DNA from: Isurus oxyrinchus
Taxonomy: Eukaryota
Reading direction: 5' to 3'
Assembly (NCBI GenBank): GCA_026770705.1
Contig: JANJGN010000026.1
Coordinates: 33,046,001 to 33,110,000 of the forward strand
DNA length: 64,000 bases
Shown here: piece by piece, positions 1 to 12,560 of the stretch
How the letters are laid out: each line of letters starts with the position of its first letter
Position numbering within the stretch: the stretch's first letter is position 1
The notes under the pieces: model-generated
Told to the model about the DNA's origin: nothing
What the model saw: the letters and a program-made list of their open reading frames with translations, nothing else
Database searches by the model: none
Position numbers and translations under genes: made by a program

Positions 1-190
1 TTCATGGTCACTTTTTCCTGGTGCTGGCCCCACAAATTACCAGATTTATTCAGCTCAATTTCACAACCTGTTTTTGTGTCTTCTGGGTTTTGTCTCACTC
101 TCTTTTTCTCTTTTATATCAATTTCACAGGATATTGGAAGGAAAGGAGTTGCAGTCAGGAAGCGGAAACCAAACATCACATTGGGATCTG
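1..190 (+). pseudogene. Orphan 5' remnant (intron end/exon start) of a C2H2-ZNF paralogue, truncated at a SINE
   Basis: Reverse-complement similarity to about 6845-7035, upstream of ZNF-A (ttcatggtcact...atttcacagg...aaacatcaca); no finger exon follows. Confidence 0.55.
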
Positions 191-194
191 AACC

Positions 195-490
195 CACGAC
201 CACTACCATCTAGAAGGACAAGGCAAGCAGATAGATGGGAACATCGTCTCCTGGAAGTTCCCCTCCAAGCCACTTACCATCCTGACTTGGAAATATATCA
301 CCGTTCCTTCACTGTCGCTGGGTTGAAATCCTGGAACTCCCTCCCAAACAGCACTGTGGGTGTACCTACACCACAGGGCTGCTTTAAAAAGGCAGTTCAC
401 CCTCTCCTTCTCAAGGGAAATTAGAGATGAGCAATAAATGCTGGCCTCGACTGCAATGCCCACATCCAATGATTGAATTAGAAAAAAACA
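195..490 (+). mobile_element. Shark SINE, 3' part
   Basis: Motifs tcctggaactccctccc...agcactgtgggtgtacctacacc...gcaataaatgctggcct...cccacatcc and an A-rich tail; inverted copy at about 1700-1965. Confidence 0.65.
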
Positions 491-1200
491 AGTGTGAGGA
501 GCTGATGGGGTTTCTTTATAACTATGATTAAGACAATCCTATCAACTGCCTCTGCTGCTTTCCTCCCTTCCACTAACAAACCGGGCTCAACTGCCTCTCA
601 AGCTGCTCCTTCTCCTAGCCCTGAACTCACATATTTCTTATGTTTATCTGCCATCTCTCCTCATGCCCTCTCAGAGCTCATCTTGTCCATGAGAACCACC
701 TCCTGCTCCATTGACCCTATTCTCACTAATCTGCTGATCCTCCAACTTCCCCATTTTCACTGACATTGTTAATGGTTCTCTCTCTCCAGATCCTGTTCCT
801 CTGTCCTTCAAATCTGCCATCATCACCCCCTCTTCAATAAAACCAATCCTTGACCACAACATATTTACAAACTCCCACCCCATCTCCAACCTCCCTTTTG
901 CATCCAAAGTCCTTGTCACTTCCCAAATCCATGCCTATCTTTCCAGGAATTCCATTTTTGAATTCCCCCAATATGATTGTTGCCCTGTCACAGTGTTGAA
1001 TGAGCTCTTCGGATCACAACTTACATTCCATGTCACCAAGATGAACTCTCCCTCCTTGTCCTTCTCGGCCTCTCTGCAGTCATTGACACTATGAACCAAA
1101 CCATCCTCCCCCAATGCCCCTCCACTGGTGCCCAGCAAGATGGGACATCACGCTCCTGATTCCTTTCTTATCAAATTGTAGCCAGAGGATCACCTGCAGT
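490..1200 (+). mobile_element. L2-type LINE ORF2 fragment
   Basis: Translates ISPHALSELILSMRTTSCSIDP; homologous to the minus-strand copy at 4640-5640. Confidence 0.65.
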
Positions 1201-1699
1201 AGCTGTGATTATTTGAATAACACTGTTATAGGCTCACTCACTCAATAGGTGATCAGGCATCACAACACTTTGATATAAAAATGTTCCATTATCACCCTCA
1301 CTGGTCTGCACAGGAGGGCTGCTTTGGGGTGCTTCAGAGTGCTTCAGTTTGATGAGAGAGGGACTTTTAAGGGTTAATTTCTATCTAAAGTATAATCTTT
1401 CTTTAATTTAGCAACTAACTAAATGTTGTTCTTTGGGTTGGGAGAAGTTGAGTTTTAGTCCAGCTTTAAAACAGGGGTTATACAGGCTCTGCTTGCAGCT
1501 GCAGCTAGTTAATTAGTTAACTGGCTTAATCAGATTTTCAGAAGCTAGATTCAGGCAGCATAAAAGAATCCATTGATAGTTATGCTTTTATCTTCACTCG
1601 AGTGTTGTTTTGGGTTGCAATGGAATGCTTAAATTGGCATTTGGTAAGAGAGGGACTTTTAAGGATTAATTTCTCTCTAAAGTCTAACCATTCTTTAAC

Positions 1700-1965
1700 A
1701 TTTTTATTCATTTATGGGATGTGGGAATCGCTGGCTAGGCCAGCATTTATTGCCCATCCCTTATTGCCCTTGACAAGGTGGTGGTGAACTGTCTTCTTGA
1801 ACCACTGTTGTCCACATGGCGTAGGTACACCCACAGTGCTGTAGGGGAGAAATTCCAGGATTTTTATCCAGCTACAGTGAAGGAATGGCAACATATTTCC
1901 AAGTTAGGATGGTGAGTGGGTTGGAGGGAGGTGTTCCCCTCTGTCTGCTGCCCTTGTCCTTCCAA
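1700..1965 (-). mobile_element. Shark SINE fragment
   Basis: Reverse complement of the 195-490 element. Confidence 0.65.
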
Positions 1966-2404
1966 ATGTTGCTAAAAGTTACTCTTTGGGTTGGGAGAAA
2001 GTGAGTTTTAGCCCAGAGCCAGATTATACAGGCTCTGCTTGCAGCTGCAGCTAGTCCATTAGTTAACTGGCTTATACAGTTAAGTCATGGCAGGCGGCTC
2101 GGCCAAGTGGAATGCTCCTCCTGTGCGATGTGGGAAGTCAGGGAAACTTCAAGTCTCCAGGTGACCAAGTATGCAGGAAATGTCTCCAGCTGCAACTACT
2201 CAAAGTCCACGTTTCAGAGCTGCAGCTGTGGTCGGAGTCACTGTGGAGCAAAAGCAAAGAAGAAATCTTCGTGGATAACACATACAGCAAGGTGGTCATA
2301 CCACAGGTAAAGAGTACGCAGGCAGAAAGTGATTGGGTGACTACCAAACAGAGTAAAAGCATTAGGCAGGTAGTGCAGGGGTTCCCTGGGTCAAAGCAAA
2401 GGGG

Positions 2405-2755
2405 AAACAGTAGCGTAGTGGTATTGTTGCTGGACGAATAATCCAGACACCCAGGGTAGTGCTCTGGGAACCTGGGTTTGAATCCCAGCATGGAATTTGA
2501 ATTTGATAAACAATCTAGAATTTAAAAAGTCTAAAGACCATGAAACCATTATCGATTGTTTTGAAAACCCATTTGGTTCACTAATGTCCCTTTAAGGAAG
2601 GAAAATCTGTCATCCTTACCTGGTCTGGCCTACATGTGACTCCAGACCCACAGCAATGTGGTTGACTCTTAAATGCCCTCTGAACAAGGGCAATTAGGGA
2701 TGGGCAATAAATGCTGACCCAGCCAGTGACGCCCACATCTCATGAATGAATTTTA
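2405..2755 (+). mobile_element. tRNA-derived SINE nested in CR1 ORF1
   Basis: A-box-like tagcgtagtgg, B-box-like gggtttgaatccc, 3' end gggcaataaatgctg...cccacatc...atgaatgaat. Confidence 0.7.
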
Positions 2756-4639
2756 AAAAGTCTGTGGTATCACGAGTGGCTCAGCTGCACAAGGTGGGGA
2801 GAGTGCAAGTGAAATATTGACAGGGGATTCAATCATAAGGGGAACAGATAGACATTTCTGCGGCCACAGACATGACACCAGGATGGTATGTTGTCTCCCT
2901 GGTGCCAGCATCAAGGATGTCACTGTGTGGCTGCAGGACATTCTGGAGGGATGGGTGAACAGCAAGAGGTCACTGCCCATATAGGTACCAATGATGTAGG
3001 GAAAAAGAGGGATGAGATCCTGAAAGCAGAATATAGGGAGCTGGGAATTAAGTGAAAAAGTAAGACCCCCAGGATTCCCCTGGAATCAGGATTACTCCAA
3101 GTGCCGTGTGCTGGAAAGATCAGGAATAGGAGGACATACCAGATTAATTCATGGCTGGAGAGATGGTGAAGGAGGGAGGGATTTAGATTGCTGAGACATT
3201 GGGACTGATTCTGGGGAAGGTGGGACCTGTACAAGGTGGATGGGTTGCACCCCAGGAGGACTGCAACCAATATCCTCACTGGGATATTTGCTAGTACTGT
3301 GGGAGAGGGTTTAAACTAGGCTGGCGGGGATAGGAAACTGAGCAGGAGACACAAGAGAGGGAAACAAAGATTGGAATGAGAGACAGAAAAGTAGAAAGCA
3401 AAAGTGGAAGGCAGAGGAAACAAGGGCTAGCGGTAAATAGAGCCACAGTACAAAAAAAATGTGTAAAAATGTTAAAAAGTCTAAAGCACAGAACATTCGC
3501 AATAAGGTAGATGGATTTACAGTGCAAGTAGATGTAAACAGATACAATATGACTGTGATTACAGAGACATGGCTGCAGGGTGACCAAGGCTGGGAACTGA
3601 ATGTCCAAGCATACTCGATGTTTAGGACAGACAGGAAAAATGGAAAAGGAGGCGGTGTGGCATTGTTAGCTAAGGACAAGTTCGGTGCGATAGTGAGAGA
3701 GGAAATTGGCTCAAAAAATCTAGAAGTAGAATCAGTCTGGGTGGAGCTAAGAAGCAACAATGGGAAGTAAACATTATTGGGTGTTGCCTGTAGGCTTCCA
3801 AACAGCAGTGATCAGGTGGGGGTCAGTATTAAACGGGAAATTAGAGATGCATGTAACAAGGGTGCTACGGTATTCAGGGGTGACTTTAAGCTGCATATAG
3901 ACTGGGCAAACCAAATTAGCAATATTACTGTGGTGGATGAATTCCTGGAGGGTACAAGATTTTTTTTAGATTAGAATGTCGAGGAACTGACTCGGAAACA
4001 GGCTATTCTATATTTGGTATTGTGCAATGATGGAGAGTCATACACGCACTCAAAATGTTAACTCTGTTTCTCTCTCCACAGGCGCTGTCAGACCTGCTGA
4101 GTGTTTCCAGCATTTCCTGTTTTTATTTCAGACACCCAGCATCTGCAGTATTTTAGTTTTATGCTAGCATCATAAGGAAATCTTTTCAGTAACAAGTGGT
4201 AAGAATTTGGAATTCACTATTGGATGGATACAGATTCAAAAGTGACCTTCAAAAGGGAATCGGATAAATTCTTGAAGGAGAAATGATGCTGGGATGGGGT
4301 AAAGAATGGGGGAGTGGGACTAACTGGATAGCTTGCTGAATTTGTCAGCACAGATTCAATAGGCCAAATGGCCTCCTTCTCTGCTGTGGTTTGATGACAA
4401 TCTGTCATTTATAATAATGGAACGATTCATAATAAACATACGATAGTATCTCATAGAGCACGGATGGTGGCCATTCAGCCCACTGTGCCTGTCCTGTCTC
4501 TGAAAATGTTACCAATCTGTTGCACTTGCCTGCCCTTTTCCGATCGCCCTCAAAATCTTTACTTATGAAGTTGAAATTCAATTCACTTTTGAAAGTTACT
4601 ACTGAATCTGCTTCTACCAGTCATTCAGACAATGACTTC

Positions 4640-5640
4640 AGTCTTCCCAAGGTTTAATTTGAAGAAATTTCTGCACATCCACCACCAGATATCAGACAAA
4701 CAGTCTGATAATTTACCAAGAGTGGAGAAGTCGAGAGAGGTGTTGGTGAGGCAGAGCTAGGAGCTGTCAGTGTAAATGTGATAACTGACAGTGTTTTCAG
4801 ATTATCATTGTGTAGAGCAGGTTAATGAGAAATAAGTGGAGACCAAGGCTGGATCCTTTGGGGACACCAGCGGTAACTCTGGGATTGGAAAGGGAAGATA
4901 TTGCAAGTGAGTCTCTGGCTATGATTAGACAGAGAAGAATAGAACCAGGATAGAGCAGCCCCATCCAGCTGGATGACAGGGGAGAGGCGAAGATGCAGAA
5001 TGATGTGGTCAACATTGCCAAAGGCTGCAGACAGGTCGAGGATGAGAAGGGAGAGTTTATCTTTGTCACAGTCACATAGGATGTCATTTGTGACTTTGAT
5101 AAGAGCTGTTTCAGTACTGTGACAGGGGCGGAAACCTGACTGGAGGGATTCAAACATGGAGTTCTGGGAAAAATGGGCACAGATTTGGGAGGTGACAACA
5201 AGGACTTTGGAGAGGAAAGGGAGGATGGAGATGGGGCAATAGTTTGGAAAGACACTGGGGTCAAGCATTTGTTTTTTGAGAAGGGTATAATGATCTGAAA
5301 GAGAGAGGGATAGTACCTGAGAGAGAAAACTATTGACATAGTCAGTGGACATTGGGAAGTTGAGTGATCAGCAGTTTAGTGGGAGAAGAGTCGATGGAGA
5401 AGGAGGTGGGTTTCATGGATAAGATGAGCTCTGAGAGGGCATGAGGGGAGATGGGAGGGAAACTACAGAAAGATGAGAGTTCAGGGCTCAGGTAACAGGG
5501 AACTTCAGGGAGGGCAAGTGGAAGGGAGGGAAGCAGCAAAGGCAGCTGATCGGATTGTCTCAATCTTAGTGACAAAGAAGCTCCATGAGCTCCTCACACT
5601 TGTTATTGGAGGTGAGGATGGAGGAGACGGGGAGAGGGAG
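4640..5640 (-). mobile_element. L2-type LINE reverse-transcriptase fragment
   Basis: PISILPFLSK, QSGFRPCHSTETALIKV, LLILDLSAAF, GVPKGSSLG; frameshifted. Confidence 0.8.
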
Positions 5641-5843
5641 AGCACTTCAAAAGGAACTAACTTGTGTTAGTGATATTAAAAAGATTCAACATGGTGTGTC
5701 TTTAACACAAAACTAATTTATTTGACTTTTCGCCAGATTAGACCCTGTAAGTGGGCTGTAGTTTATTAACATCAGCGGAAACAGGCCCCAATGAACATGA
5801 TTCAGTCCTAGATGTGATGAACAGCAAAATCCCATCACTGTCG

Positions 5844-6808
5844 TTACTTGTGAATTCGCTGGTGTCTCAGCAGGTGGGGTGAATGAGTGAATCTCTTCCC
5901 ACACTGGGCGCAAGTTATTGGTCTCTCCTCAGTGTGAACTCGCTGATGTATCAGTAGGTTGTTTGAGGTAGTGAATCTCTTCCCAAACTGAGGGCAGGTG
6001 AATGGCCTCTCTCCTGTGTGAATTCGTTGGTGTGTCAGCAGGTTGGATGAGGTAATGAATCTCTTCCCACACTGAGGGCAGGAAAACGGCCTCTTCCCAC
6101 TGTGAATTTGCTGGTGTCTCAGCAGGCTAGATAACTGAGTGAATCCCTTCCCACACTGGGGCAGCTAAATGGCCTCTCCCCAGTGTGAACTTGCTGGTGT
6201 GTCAGCAGGTGGGATGACCAAGTGAATCCCTTCCCACACTCAGAGCAGATAAATGGTCTCTCCCCCATGTGAACTCGCAGATGTCTCAGCAGGTGGGGTG
6301 AATAAATGAATCCCTTCCCACAAGTGGAGCAGGTGAACGGCCTCTCCCCAGTGTGAATTCGCTGGTGTACAATGAGTTGAGATGATCGCCTGAACCGATT
6401 CCCGCATTGAGAGCATTTAAATGGTCTCTTGTCAGTGTGAACACACTGATAGTACATCAGCTCCCAGGAACTTTTAAAGCACTTCCCACAGTCTGGGCAT
6501 TTAAAAGGTCTCACGTCACTGTGAACTTGCTGGTGTCTCAGCAAGTTGCATGAGAGGGTAAATCCCTTCCCACACGTGGAGCAGGTGAACGGCCTCTCCC
6601 CAGTGTGACTGCGCTGATGCTCTTCCAGCTCTGACGGGAATCTGAATCCCTTCCCACAGTCCCCACATTTCCATGGTTTCTCCCCGATGTGGCTGCACTT
6701 GTGTCTTGACAGGTCAGATGATTGGTTGAAGCCTTGTCCACACACAGGACATGTGTACAATTTCTCTCCACTGTGAACGGTACTTTTTCCTTCCATGTTC
6801 AAAATCAA
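5844..6808 (-). pseudogene. Tandem C2H2 zinc-finger gene A (about 11 fingers) with a 1-nt frameshift near 6160
   Basis: ORF 6119-6808 has seven finger units with HTGERPF linkers; four more continue in another frame to ...HK-stop at 5844. May be a truncated functional gene or an assembly indel. Confidence 0.75.
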
Positions 6809-8689
6809 ATGATATTCAGGTTATGATAAATCGGACGAATGTCAGATTCTGCTGTGATGTTTAGTTTCTGTTTCCCGACTGCAAATCCTCCCCTTGTAAT
6901 CCCCTGTGAAACTGATTTAAAACAGAAAAAAGGGAGTGAGAGAGAATCCACAAAAACACAAAGGCAGGTTGTGAAATCGAGCTGAATGAATCTGGTAATG
7001 TGTGGGGCTGGCACCAGGATAAAGTGACCATGAAAACTGCCGGATTGTCATAAAAACCCAACTGGTTCACTAATGCCCTTCAGGGAATGGAACCTGCCAC
7101 CCCTGGTCTGGGTTACACAGGACTCTGGCCTCCATGGGAGGAAAGAGAGAGGTGGGAGGTGCAGGGGGTGAAGATGTGTTTAATACATCTTCAGCTCAAC
7201 CAGAACTTTGGCAGAATATCCCAAACCCTCAACATCCACTACCTAGAAGGACGAAGGTAACAGATGTCAGTGAACATCATCACCTCCAACTCACACACTG
7301 TCCTAACTTGTCTGACATCCAGTACTGGATGAGCAGAAATTTCCTCCATTTAAATGTTGGGAAGATGAAAGCCATTGTCTCCACTCCCTAACCACCGACT
7401 CCATCCCTCTTGCAGCTCTCTGAGGCTGAACCAGACTGTTCACAACCTTGTTGTCATATTTCAGCCCAAGCTGAGCTTGTGACTACAAATCACTAAAACC
7501 ATCCATTTCCACCTCAGTAACATTGCCCAGCTGTGCCCCTGCCTCAGAGCACAGCCCGGTCCCCATGCTGGCGCTCTGGGTTCCTGTTCTCATTGATAGG
7601 GGACTTTCTGACCCACAGGGCATTCTGGATAAACCAGCTGTCAATGATACCAATCAGTGAACGGGCATTTTTTTCCCCCAGTTGGTAAAACAGAAGGTCC
7701 ATGCATGGGGGCGGATATTGGACAGGAAGCACAATGAGGGGTTCAGACACTTTATTAAATACTCACAGCAGAAGCACATTAATCTGATCGGAGATCACTT
7801 CCTCATGAGCAGCCAGCGGTGTGCAGCCTCCTGAGATTCCGGGCCCTTTCCAGTCAGTATTTCTAGGAGCTGGGACACAGAAAAGAGTCTCAGTAAATTC
7901 AGGGATTTATTTGTTCACTGCTTTACAATGGGTCTGGGCTCATATTTGAAGTTTGTGCAGCCTGTGACTCCCTGGGATTATTAACCCTCCCCCTCCAGAG
8001 CCTTTGGGCTCTCAATTGCTTTTCAATGTCCTCCTGGCCTTGTTGTATCTGATCCAATAAAAAACCTTCCTTACATCACACAGGGAACAGCTTGAGACAT
8101 GTTCTGACTTTTCACCTCAATCTTATTCTGCTGAATGATCTCATTGACCATTCCCTTTCTCTCGATCAGTGCGTCCACCATCTCTTTTCTGGATTTCACT
8201 CCTTCTTGTTCCAGGATTTCATCTCTCTGCCTTTTATTTCTTTTACTGAAGATTCCTGTCCATTGCTGCCTCACAGCCTCGTCCTGTTCCCACATATTCT
8301 CCATGTCTAAGTGCTTCTCAGCTGCTGTGCCAGCCGTGGCCCCTATTCCAATTCAGTCACCGATCTCTCTCTTCCCTCCACCCTTTTTACTGGTGTCACT
8401 ATCACAGGGACAATCACAGTGTTTTCCGAAAACTGCCTTAACATCGGGGTCTTGGCAACTGGGTGGTCACAGTCCACCCATCTCTCTCCCTGCATTCAGA
8501 CTAATAAGATTCCTGGATAATTCCCTTATCATCTGAAGATCGCGGTTCTTGTAGATGGGATGACATAGCCTTGGGGATGGGTGTGTGGTGTTCAGGGCAC
8601 ATATTACAGGAACTATTTTAAATCTTCTATCACTACATCAGCTTTGTGAGTATAAGTGATAATTAAGCCATTTGTGGGACCGATTTCTT

Positions 8690-9715
8690 ATGGCAGGGCA
8701 GATTGAGGGGTTATCAGTGAAGCATATGGGGTCTTGGCCTTCATAAATAGAGGTACTGAGTACAAAAACAGGGAAGTGCACCAACAGAGAGTTGTCAGGA
8801 TCTGGAACTCTCTCTTTGAAAAGATGTTGGAACCTGATTCTATATCTAGCCTCCGCCCACTTGTCCTAGATTCCCCAACCAGTGGAAATGGTTCCTCTCT
8901 ATCCATCCTGTCAGTTCCAATTAATATCCCAAAAACTTTGATCAAATCAGCTCTTATTCTTATAAATTCCAGGGATTACAACCCTCACAGTGAGGTGAAG
9001 ACTTTTATCAGGAGGAATAGGGAGAGGGAAAATATTATTCATGGCACAGCTCTAAAGAGTGTGCAGGGACAGAGGGACCTGGGGCTTCATGTGCTTTGAT
9101 CTCTGAAGGTGACAGAATGTATTAAGAGAGTGGTTAGCAAAGCCGATTGGATCTTGAGCTTCATAACTAGTGATATTGAGAACAAAAACAGGGAAGTTAT
9201 GCTGACTTCTTTATAAAGCTCTGGTTAGGCCACAGTTCGAGAATTGCATCCAGTTCTGGTCACCTCACTTTAGGAAGGATGTGAAGGTCGTTGAGAAGGT
9301 GCAGAGGAGATTTACCAGAATGGCTCCTGCAAAGGAGGTTGAGGGGAGATTGGTAGAGGTGTACAAGATTATGACTGGTTTAGATATGGGGACAAAGAAA
9401 AGCTATTCCCATCAGCTGATCAGACAAGGACTCAAGGACAGAGGTTTAAGATTTTGGGTAAAAGGTGTGGGAAATGTGAGGAAGAATATTTTTACACAGT
9501 GAGTGGTAATGACCTGGAGGCTACTGCCTATGAGGTGGGTGGAAATGGACATGGTGAGCGATTTCAAAAGGAAATTGGACAGAAGCATGAGGGAAATAAA
9601 CTTGCAAGGATACGGGGATAGAGCAGGGAATGGGACTGATTGGATTGCTCTACATAGCTGGCATGGACTCAATGGGCCTAATGGCCTCCTCTGTGCCACA
9701 ATAACTCTGTGACTC
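8690..9715 (+). mobile_element. CR1 LINE 3' fragments
   Basis: KVQRRFTRM and LVEVYKIMTG motifs; CR1-type 3' end aatgggcctaatggcctcctctgtg. Confidence 0.6.
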
Positions 9716-10423
9716 CTTTGTGCAATCTCATTCTGTAACTTAACCCTTGGAGCTCAGATCACTCAGGTAAATATGTGCTACACTCCCTCCTAGGCCTTTC
9801 TATCCTTCCTGATGTTTGTTGCCCAGAACTGAACACAGTTCTTCAGGTGTGCTCTAACCAGGATTTGTGTGTCTCGGCATTTTTCCAGTCACACCTGAAA
9901 TCGTCTCAGAATCACACAGTGCAGAAGAGGCCCTTCAGCCCATCGAGTCTGCACCAACACGTGAGAAACACCTGACCTACCTACCTAATCCCATTTACCA
10001 GCATTTGGCCCATAGCCTTGAATGTTGGTCAAGATGTCAAGGCCCACTGGTCCCTAATGAGCCCTACTCTTTCCCTGGTTATCCTCTTCCCATTGGCATT
10101 GAAAAAAAATTTAGATCCCTGCAGTTAAATCTTTCAGACACTGAATTGTAGATTTTTCACCAAATATCAATTTACGATTGTAGTAAAAGTTCATAATTTT
10201 ATTGTCAAGAGGTTCCCGCTGAAAGTTTTTGAAATTAAGGGGAAGGATCACAGATGGTGCTTTTAAAAAGGGACACTGCAACCCTGAAAATCAGTGATAT
10301 CTCCAGAATATTAAACTCGAGCCAGTTATACGGTTGTGAACATCAGCAGAAACAAAATATTGCCAGACTATCAATACTAAACAAGCTTACAAGCAGCAAG
10401 AACAGCAGGATCCAAACCCTGCA

Positions 10424-11640
10424 GTCACTTATGAACTTGCTGATGTCTCAGGAGGCATCGTGACTGAGTGAATCCCTTCCCACACACTGAGAGTTGAATA
10501 ACCTCTTCTCAATGTGAGTGCGTTGGTGGGTCAGCAGGTTGAAAGATTTTGCAAATCCCTTCCCACACAGCGAGCAAGTGAATGGCTTCTCCCCAGTGTG
10601 AACTCGCTGGTGTGCGGTGAGGTTGGATGACCGACTGAATCCTTTCCCACATACGGAGCATGTGAATGGTCTCACCGCAGTGTGAGTGCATTGGTGAGCA
10701 GTGAGGTTGGATGACTGCCTGAGACTCTTCCCACAGGAAGTGCAGCTAAATGGCTTCTCCCCAGTGTGAATTCGCTGGTGTCTCAGCAGGTTGGGTAAAA
10801 CTGTGAATCCCTTCCCACACATGGAGCAGGCAAATTGTCTCTCCCCAGTGTGAACTTGCTGGTGTAAAATGAGGGAGGATGCCTGCCGGAAACTCTTTCC
10901 ACAGGAAGTGCAACTGAATGGCTTCTCTTCAATGTGAATTCGCTGGTGTGACAGCAGGTGGGATAACCCAGTGAATCCTTTCCCACACACAGAGCAAGTG
11001 AACAGCCTCTCTCCAGTGTGAACTCGCTGCTGTGTCAGGTGGAATGACTGAGTAAATCCCTTCCCACACTCGGAGCAGGTGAATGGCCTCTCCCCAGTGT
11101 GAGTGCATTGGTGTACAGTGAGTGCAGAAGAATGCCTGAACCTCTTTCCACAGGAAGTGCAGTTGAATAGCTTCTCCTCAGTGTGAATGCACTGGTGTGA
11201 CCAAAGGCCAGATGACTGAGTAAATCCCTCCCCGCACATAGAACAGGTGAATGGCCTCTCCCCTGTGTAACTGCGTTTATTGTTTTCCAGCAGATATGAG
11301 TAACTGAATCCTTTCCCAGAGTCCTCACATTTCCATGGTTTCTCCATAGTGCGGGTGTCTTTGTGTCTCTCCAGGTTGAATGATCAGTTGAAACCTTGTC
11401 CAGACACAGACCATGTGTATGGTTTCTCCTCACTGTGACCGATGTGATGCTTTTTCAGGCTGTTCAGCTGGTTAAAGCTCTTTCCACAGTCAGTTCACTG
11501 AAACACTCTCACTCGGGTGTGTGTGTGTGTGTGTGTGTGTCTCGGTGTTTTTCCAGTGACACTGAAGTTAAGTATCTTTCCCCACGAACAGAACAGACAA
11601 ACATTTCTCCTTCCACATTCAAAATCCGAGGATATTCAGG
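10424..11640 (-). pseudogene. Tandem C2H2 zinc-finger gene B, frameshifted at both ends of the finger array
   Basis: ORF 10448-11347 has about 10 finger units, the first degenerate (CEDSG...NKRSY); frameshift near 10490 before HK-stop at 10424; (GT)n tract at about 11517-11540 in the upstream region. Confidence 0.7.
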
Positions 11641-12049
11641 TTCTGGTGAACCGGGTGACTCTGTCAGAAGATGTTCGGTTTGAGTTTCACATCTGCAAAT
11701 CCTTCCCTTCTAATACCCTGGAAAACGAGTTTATAAAAGTCATCACTGTCAGTCCGGGATGGAAAGGCAGAACAAACAATTCTAGTTTTCGTGGAATATT
11801 GTTTTTTCTCTTGTTCCCCCAAAGCTGTAAATTCACGTACAACACACTCTCCCTCCTCCCTGGGCTGAAATCCAAACCCATCTCCTCCATTTCTTTCCTC
11901 CACTCACAATTTTCTCCCTCCGTCTCCTCTGCCTGGGTTCAATTCTCCAGCTCCTGTCTGCAGACTGACAATAAAATCAATGAATTAATCATTTTCCAAA
12001 ATCCAGCCCTGTCAGTCCAGGATAGAAATGCACAATATTCTCTCCTCCT

Positions 12050-12560
12050 GCTGACAAAGGCAGGGATGACCGCGCATGCGCCCTGCTGCACAAGATGGCA
12101 GTCGTTAATCCGGGCCTCTCACCGAGGAACGCGGATCGGTGCAACTGCCGCCCACAGACACCAGCGAGGAACCGGTACCTTGTTATTCTGGCTTCCCAAC
12201 GGCTCAAGGTGTTTCCGAAGCCTGCATGTCCACCCACCGGCTGCATTTCTCCCTCAATTCCGCATTTTATCTTACCGGCTGCGGACCGGACAAACCAGCA
12301 GCTTTCCTTCGCCCTCACTCACACTGCGCATGTTCCAAAATCGAGGCGGAATTGCACCTGCACACTGATGTCCAGCTCCAGCAGCCACAATGCGCATGCT
12401 CCTATCACAATGCCTGGGTGATTGACGGTAGGTCTGAACCAATAGGAAGAGGTAACAGTTCTGCAGGACCAAAGGGGGAGCGGCTGGCCCTCCAGCCAAT
12501 TGGAGTGAAGGAGGGGCGGGGCTGAACCAGGGTCTCCCTCATTGGCTGAAACTCTGCATC
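12050..12560. promoter_or_regulatory. CpG-rich housekeeping-type promoter upstream of ZNF-B
   Basis: Local CpG enrichment; NRF1 palindrome GCGCATGCGC 12072-12081; YY1-like CAAGATGGC 12091-12099; CCAAT at 12439 and 12496; ATTGG at 12541; GC box 12513-12521. Confidence 0.7.

Larger units (their letters stand above)
1280..4035 (+). mobile_element. CR1 LINE 5' portion (duplicated 5'UTR, ORF1 zinc finger and SGNH esterase, endonuclease), interrupted by SINEs
   Basis: ECSSCAMW; GDSIIRG-type esterase block near 2820; ITETWLQ, GGGVALL and GDF endonuclease motifs; stops and frameshifts. Confidence 0.75.

Noticed and set aside
2405-2490. tRNA gene
   Set aside because: A/B boxes run into a SINE body and no convincing cloverleaf is seen
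11517-12368. 283-aa plus-strand ORF
   Set aside because: Starts in a GT microsatellite, spans intron and promoter antisense to ZNF-B, and has no recognisable domain
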